Assembly (NCBI RefSeq): GCF_009914755.1 | Contig: NC_060926.1 | Reading direction: 5' to 3' (one strand) | Source: the human T2T-CHM13v2.0 reference genome, Homo sapiens | DNA length: 64,000 bases | In this document: positions 56,690 to 64,000 of the stretch, one piece after another | Layout of the letters: each line of letters opens with the position of its first letter | How positions within the stretch are numbered: position 1 is the first letter of the stretch | The notes under the pieces: generated by a model | What the model saw: only the letters and a program-made list of their open reading frames with translations | What the model was told of the DNA's origin: nothing | Database searches by the model: none | Translations under genes and position numbers: made by a program

Positions 56690-59149
56690 ACAACGAGAAC
56701 ACTTGGACACAGGGTGGGGAACATCACACACTGGGGGCCTGTCGTGGGGTGGGGGGAGTGGGGAGTGATAGCATTAGGAGATATACCTAATGCTAAAAGA
56801 CAAGTTAACGGGTGCAGCACACCAACATGGCACATGTATACATATGTAACAAACCTGCACATTGTGCATATGTACCCTAGAACTTAAAGTATAATAATTA
56901 AAAAAAAAGAATAAAGTTTGAGGCAGGTTTATAAAGCTATTTCAAAGGAAAAATAGGTCTGAAATTCATCTTTTATCTACTCTATTCTCTATGTGTAGAT
57001 GTACTTCAAGAGAGTATGAGAGTTGAGGGCTCGATTACAAAGTAGGCAGTATATCTTTAAGCTCAAACTAACAAAAATAAGACTAATAATTTAGAAAGTT
57101 GGAAGAAGAGGCTGTGAGAAAATTATGAGTCGTAAAAATCTGAGTTATTGTATTAAAGTCTCTGGACACTTGATTGAGTTCTTAATTACTAAAAGAAATA
57201 AGTTTAATGTAAAAAAAATTAAGTTATATTGCAAGCAAACTATTAAGCAAAAACTGAGATTGACTACCCAAAAGGTATTTCCAAACAATTTCCCTGCTAC
57301 TTTTGACTACAGAGGATTAAAATCTAAAACCCTACATTTCCTATCCTACCTTGTAGTTCTGCATAGATGGGAAATTCAATGTGGGTCTACGAGAAAATGA
57401 TTAAGTCCTCTGTAAGATTTATCTAGATAGCTCTTTGTTTTCTTGAATAGAAGTAATAGATTTCGTTAAAACCCTACCATCTCTCCCTTCTACCTCCCTT
57501 AGATGGGACAATGATGCTTCGAATGAAGGCAGTGATCTTGTGACCATAATGGCATGGTGAAGAGGACTGAAGAGATTCTTTCCCAGATACCATCACTCCA
57601 ACAGAAGCTGCCTACTGTGTAAGCCACTGTAAATCTAATCTTCATTGAGTCTAATATTTCCAATTAATAAAGTCAGTGAAAGAGTTGTAGTAACTTTAAT
57701 TTCACAAAAATATTTAGGGAATTGGATTAATGTTGGAAACCCAAATTGAGGGGGGGTGGGGATAGAGGAGGACTGATTTCTAATCATTGAATACATTATA
57801 TCATTGAATATCATTCTTATGCTCTGATGCAGGACCTCTGTCAGGTAGAGAGAGATAGGCTGAGTAAGTAGTCGTGGGGCAGACCCAACTCATGCTAGTG
57901 TGACAAAGATGTAATTATCAAATCAAAGTAAATAGTAAAGAGGTAAAAATGATGTAATTAGACAGGAGAAGACATGGTCTTAGGGAATAGGGACCTTAGA
58001 GATAAATAATGAATTTTTAATCTAATTTGTATCAAACATGCCTGAATTGCATTGTCAATGTTATGGATTAGGTTTTTGTATTAATGACTTCCATGTTTTC
58101 AGCAAATGCCCTTTCACTGAGGATGTCAAATTCATGAAAAGAATTTTGAAAGCCACCCCTTTCTGTATTTTCATGGCAGCTCTGTATCTGTACTCTGAAT
58201 GTGTGAGCCGTCTGCCCGGCTCTTACAGGACCTTATTCATGTCAAGTAGACTACAGCATAAATAGCAGAGACAAGGACAAATGCAAGGTTTAGGATTCTT
58301 TGTTTGAGAAAGATACGAACAATAAAACTGCATATTCTACAAAATAAGGTGCTTCCCACTTGTGTCATCTGATGTCTTAAAATGTCTCTGTTATGATCCA
58401 GACTTTTCACTCAGATGTCCTCCAACTACCTTGCATGCAACTGAAAAAATAATTGACACTATTCTAGTTTATAGAGAAGGAATAGATTCTGGTTATATTG
58501 GACCATTAATTTGTTTAATGGTTGTGAATAGCTTCCGCCCTTCCTTAAGAACCGTCGTCACCACTAAAACTCTACTGCTTCCATTTGGGTGTTTGATTTG
58601 GGCGATTCCGCATGCTCCATAAGAAATAATTTAGTATGTCTGTGAGATAGATGACAGGGTTTGGATCTTTTCTCCTGGGAGATTTAACCTGGAAATTCTT
58701 TTTAATGCTAATGGCAGTTATTCATTTCAAGGCTGGCACATTGATGGAGGAATACACTCCTAAATCTGTTTTTACAGTTTGTGTATACTTCGAGGGATTT
58801 TACCACCATATGGTCCTTAAAGATTTGTTATCAGTCAATCCACAGTTGTTACAAAGTCAGATATATGTCGTTCATACAGGTATTCCACACCTCCAGCTTG
58901 AGAAAGAAACCTGAAATAAAGATGTTAACTGCTAAAGGAAAGTGAAGAGATGTAACCAGTGCGATAAGACTGATTCTCGCTTATCTTTACACTCCCCATA
59001 CAACAGCAACCTGGTGAGCTATAGACGGCCACTGAATGAGTGATGTACACATTTTCTCTCTTTATGTGTCTACAAAGGAAAGACAGATATAAAGGACACC
59101 AGGAATGGTTGCTCTCTGGAATGAAAACTCGACTAGAAATTGGCATACA

Positions 59150-59380
59150 GCATTCCAATTAAGAAACCCAATTGCCCAGGTTCAAAATCTATCTGTGCCT
59201 CCTTCTAGCTACATAATCTTAGCAGAGTTATTTAATTTATCTTCGCCTCAGGTTCCTCATATGTGAAGTAGGTAAATAGTATTATAATTCATCCACTTCC
59301 AAATTAAAATAAGTTCATATATTTAAAATCCTTAAAGCAGTGCCTGCTGTAGAGTAAGCATAATTTAAGCTCTTATTACT
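59150..59380 (+). mobile_element. MIR
   Basis: gcccaggttcaaaatc...gcctcaggttcctcatatgtgaagtagg...aagcagtgcctg. Confidence 0.7.
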
Positions 59381-59884
59381 ACTTAGCTCACTATGTTATT
59401 AAGATTTGCACCTTTAAATAATTATTTAGAATTTTCTACCTGTTTTTAAGAAGATACTTGACTTTGCCTCACATCCTTTTTTTTAAGAAAATATGACAAT
59501 ATCTGTGAAGGTGTATTGAAGCATAAAAGTAATATAAGTGAAGATTACTATCCTTATAGCCACCCATCCAAAATATAGCAGTTTTAAAGTTAAGACACTA
59601 TGTCTGGAAGCATTCACTCATTTCTTTCTTTAAGCCCAATTTCTGCATATGCAAAAAGCTCACTTACAAGGTATTATTTTAAATTATCTAAATATGGAGC
59701 TTTCTGTAAATCATAATTATATTCTTTTTTTATCTAGACATTTGGTGTGGTATTTCCACAGATCTCATCACAATTCTCTTCCTATTTTAGCTACTAGAAA
59801 TACTGTTAGCATTTCTTTTTTCAAACTTTGGACATCAGTGTTCTGAACAATAATAATAGTAAATTATAAAGTATCTGATAAAGT

Positions 59885-60437
59885 AGCCTGGGGATACATT
59901 TCTTCACATTGCAAAGGGGACTTCTAATATGTGATTAAGGTTATCTTGAGATGTGGAGATCATCATGGATTATCCAGGTGGGCCTAATCTAGTCACAAAA
60001 TCCTGAAAAACAGAGACCCTTTTCCAGTGGTGGTCAGAGAGATGTGACAGTGGAAGAAAAGACAGGAGAGATCCAAAGTGTGAGAGGTATTCAATGCACC
60101 ATTGCTGGCTTAAAGGTGCAGGAAGAAGTCACGAACCAAGGAATAAAAGCAGTCTCTAGAAACTAACACTGTACTGTACCTGACAGTGGGCAAGGAAATG
60201 AACACTTCATTCCTACAACCACAAGAAACTAAATTCTGCCAATAACCAGTTTGAGTGAAGAAATGGATTCTCTCCTAGAGCCTCCAAAAGGAAGCACAGT
60301 CTTACCAACAACACGATTGTAGCCCACTGAGACCCATTTTGGAAGTCTGACCTCTAGAACTGTAATATAATACATTTACATGGTTTTAAGCCTTTAAGTT
60401 GAGGGCAATTTATTACAACAACAATAGAACACTAATG
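59885..60437 (+). mobile_element. MLT1E-like LTR
   Basis: ggattatccaggtgggcctaatctagtcac...ggattctctcctagagcctcc...ctgacctctagaactgtaa...caatagaacactaat. Confidence 0.82.
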
Positions 60438-61146
60438 GTTCAACATATGGTATACACTATGTGTTTATTCTTTTTATTATTTTGCTAATTATATTATTAC
60501 TAATTAGTACAACCATGCAATACCTAGGAGATTTCTTGGTCCTTTATTTGCGCATGTGTAGCTGATCCTACCGATTGATTTCTGAGCTCTGCTCTATGTC
60601 CTGGTATTTGGATACTCACAGAAGCAATAATGAACTTAAAGAAATAATTCTCTGAGAAGATAAGCAGAAATAGAATGGGAATTATTAACCTTGGGACAAG
60701 TGAATATTTGGGGGCTTTGGGTAACTTCAGTTACCAGCCAAAGCCAGCTGTGAGCCAACATAGAGAAAGCTATCATGATTAGTTATTTTTGAAAATTCTA
60801 GAGGTTTCTCAAAAATTGAATTTCTTGAGAAACTCGGATCCTCAAAAAAGCTATTCGGTTCCAAATTGGGGTTTAAGCAACTAAGCAAGAACAGTCACTC
60901 CCAAATTCTTTTTGGTCCACAACAGCATTTAAATTGGTCCCTGAAATACCACTTCAGTAATTTCTGAGTGCTCCATATTGACCATGAAGGACTATGATGT
61001 CCCCAGAAAACTACGAATCGGCACTTTCCAGGCACTAGTGAAGACTTTCCTGGTCACCCTATCTAAATTGCAACTTTTTCAAGACTATTGATTCTCCTGC
61101 CTTACTACATTTTTTCTCCTCAACACTTAACACACTATAACATAAA

Positions 61147-61531
61147 TGTAATGAGGAATCTGACCCCATTTTTTGATGTCTGACTGCTGACAGGTTTTAA
61201 GTCTCACTCCTCCCTCTTTTCCTTGTGCCCAACATGTGGGCAAGCTGATAAAGTCTGGCTGCACCCTCCTTTGGCACCAGCAGGAGATTTAATCTATGAA
61301 AGCCCCACCCACATGCAGAAATTTTCACCTGACTTGAACCCCTAACCCTTTGCCCACTCAAGCCCTTTCAGACTTGCTAGGAGAGTCTTGCCCTGCTCTC
61401 GCCAGGAACCTCAACTAGGTAATAGATCTTTTCATATCCTCTTTGTGCACCTGTAGCATCATTAGTCTCAATATCCCAACAAAATTTTAGGTTGAGGGTT
61501 CATCCCAATTTTAGAGAGTAGCTATACAACA
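61147..61531 (+). mobile_element. ERVL-class solo LTR (LTR47/MER54/MER73 group) nested in an L2
   Basis: tgtaatgaggaatctgaccccatttttgatgtctgactgctgacagg...gggcaagctgataa...acaaca. L2-like sequence lies on both sides (about 61030-61146 and 61532-61660). Confidence 0.65.
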
Positions 61532-63695
61532 GAATATATTTCCTAACATATCTTCTTATTCGTCTGTATTTCACTTTAGATTATAAATTCCATGAGGGAA
61601 CATATTCTGTGTTGTTCACTGCACCCAGAACAGTGAGTAGCATATATAAGGAACTGAATCAGCTGGGATTGTGTATTTGCATGTGTGTACATGTGTATGT
61701 CAATTATTTCTTTCTTGGTACAGTAGGTACTCATGGAGCAAAAATGATCACCCAAACCATACACCTATTTCTTTTGCAATGAAATATAGTTTACAAACCT
61801 CCAAATTAGAAGACATTATAGAATTTTATGCACCCCCACCAAAAAATATTGAAAGTCAAACAAACTAACGTATAATACCAAATAGGATAAACTTGGTATC
61901 TACATTATTTATTTAAGAAATACTTGTTAGGCATAACATACAAGGCAGTACTATAAGTACTAGGGATTCCATGTTAAGTAAGACAGAGATAAGAGCCTTG
62001 ATTTTATGAAACTTACTGACATTTTAGCTGTCTTTCTCATTTTCTTTTTTAAAAGTGAAGATATTAGATTCTGTATTTTACTACCTAAGAGCTCATTTTT
62101 AAATGTTAAAAATTAGTACATTGCTTAGTTTCCTAAAAAGTAATATTTGTTTTTAATCAATTATCCAATATAATCAATTGGTGAGACAGAGTTAACACCA
62201 TTCACTACAACTACCTCTTTCCTGAACATGCAAGAAGAATGCAATTCCTGCACTTAGGTTGAAGGCTGTATGACTGGGTTCTGGTCGATGATAAATTAAT
62301 TGTAAGCTATTTCCACTCTTGGCTTTACAATTTAGCCATTCAATACTCTTAGCCTTCTAGAGAGACCTCAAAAGCCATTTATTTTAGATGATTTCACAAT
62401 AAAGTACAAGCTATCTGGGCCAATTGATCACCCTTTGGAGAGGAGCCATTAACAATAGCTCTCATTAATGACTGTCAGATGATCAAAAAATCAAAGTTTA
62501 CAGTGTTAAGGCTTTGAGATGTAGAGGTTGATTGTTACTGCAGCAGACTCTAGACTAGGCAGACATGTCAGTAAAATGAGATATTACTTCTCTGCTTCTT
62601 TCTATACCTAATACAATTGTTGGCCATGTCTCTTTAATAATGATATCTCTTGACATCAGTAATTACATTGACCACTCACCACTTTAAAGAACATTTTAAG
62701 AATAATTAGTGCAAATATTAATGTAAATTTCAAACTCTGCTCATTTCATGGCTGTGATATTAACATATTCATTCATTATTGACTGGATTGGCTGTTCAAT
62801 TTGAGTCGCTCGAATGTTGAATATTTCCAAGAAGAATTAAAGCCTGTTTGTATTTTACTACTGTTACATAGAGGTGAAAATAAAGGCACTGCCTTAAATA
62901 TTTCTATTAATCATTTGGCTCCCTTCTCATTTTCCTTAGCTGCAGGGAATTGCCCTCTGTGGGTCCTGAGGTACCCAGCACTCCTAGGTGATAATTACTT
63001 GAGATTAAAAGCCGAAGACCAACAGGCCTTAAAGTGTTTAATGGGGCAAAATAACAAGGCTGATGTAGAGACTTCTCTGAGCTTGTAGCTGAGATGGTCT
63101 GGGAAACAGATGAATCTAGCTTCCTAGGAAGGGTCCCGACCTGAACTTATGCTATTCATGTGTCAAGAAACTCGAGGAGTTGGTGAATCGACATTTCTAT
63201 TTCAGGAGCAGCTCTTGAAGAAATATGAAAAGCACTTGAAGAGGGCAGCTCTTAGAAATGTGTCAATGGACGTTTTTCATCAATTTTACTTTAAATTCAT
63301 AACATTTTCATGAGTTTGGGAGAATCTTCATGGTGACATGTGTTAGATTAATATTATACACATTTGGAATAGACCCTGGACACTATTTTTGGGCCCCAAT
63401 GCCTTGATCTCCTAGTGATAGGCTGATTGAAACACTCAACTATGAGAAAGCAGTTTCTCAGAAATTAGGAATTGAGATTTAGAGATCTTAATGAGTCTGT
63501 CTTTAGAGTGTGAGTTGAGATATATGCAAACTTTTGCTACACATCTTCTCCCATGTGGAAAGAAATATCACTGATCTACAGAGAGATAACCTTGAACAGA
63601 CATCAGCAGAGAAGTAGAAATAATAGACTACATAATCCCATAGAAAGAGACATGCAAGCGTAGCTCTTTTTGTTTCAGTTTCTAATAGCTAATTC

Positions 63696-63753
63696 TCTCT
63701 GACACTAAAAATGGTGGTGATTTAGTGTTTCTCTGACACTAAAAATGGTGGTG
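63696..63753. repeat. 24-bp direct duplication, period 34
   Basis: tctctgacactaaaaatggtggtg at 63696-63719 and 63730-63753. Confidence 0.9.
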
Positions 63754-64000
63754 GTGATACAATTTTATAATTTGAACTTTTTTTGGTCAAAGGTGTTGAA
63801 CAACAAAACCACTAAAAAAAGAAGCATATTTAGAATTGGCTTAAAAACAATACTAAGATTAGCTTGTGTCATCTTTCTCATATTTAAATAACCAATCAGT
63901 TCCACCTTTAACCTACCATAGTGTAATTAGGCACTGGGGAATAAAATGAGTAACATGTGATATTAGACAACAATGTAACACCCAGTCAGTGGTAAATTCC

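Overview
AT-rich primate (human-like) genomic DNA made up largely of interspersed repeats: five Alus, three primate L1PA elements, old L1M/L2/MIR fragments, MaLR elements (a complete THE1D, MSTA-int, MSTB, MLT1), a solo HERV-H-type LTR7 and Tigger-family MITEs. I see no intact protein-coding gene, tRNA, rRNA or CRISPR array, and nearly all ORFs in the track are repeat-derived or chance. The main finding is not in the ORF track. Hand translation of the non-repetitive + strand blocks at about 40068-40531 and 43444-44594 gives a decayed reading frame. Its motifs follow, in order, the KAP-family P-loop NTPase core of KIDINS220/NKPD1 as I recall those proteins. The relic is split by THE1D and an old L1M fragment, ends in its own basic/di-cysteine tail, and may have an upstream exon at 37869-38226. 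It is a candidate fossil of a lost KAP-NTPase paralog, or of a very old retrogene. All family assignments come from recalled consensus sequences, not database searches, and the boundaries of old repeats are approximate.
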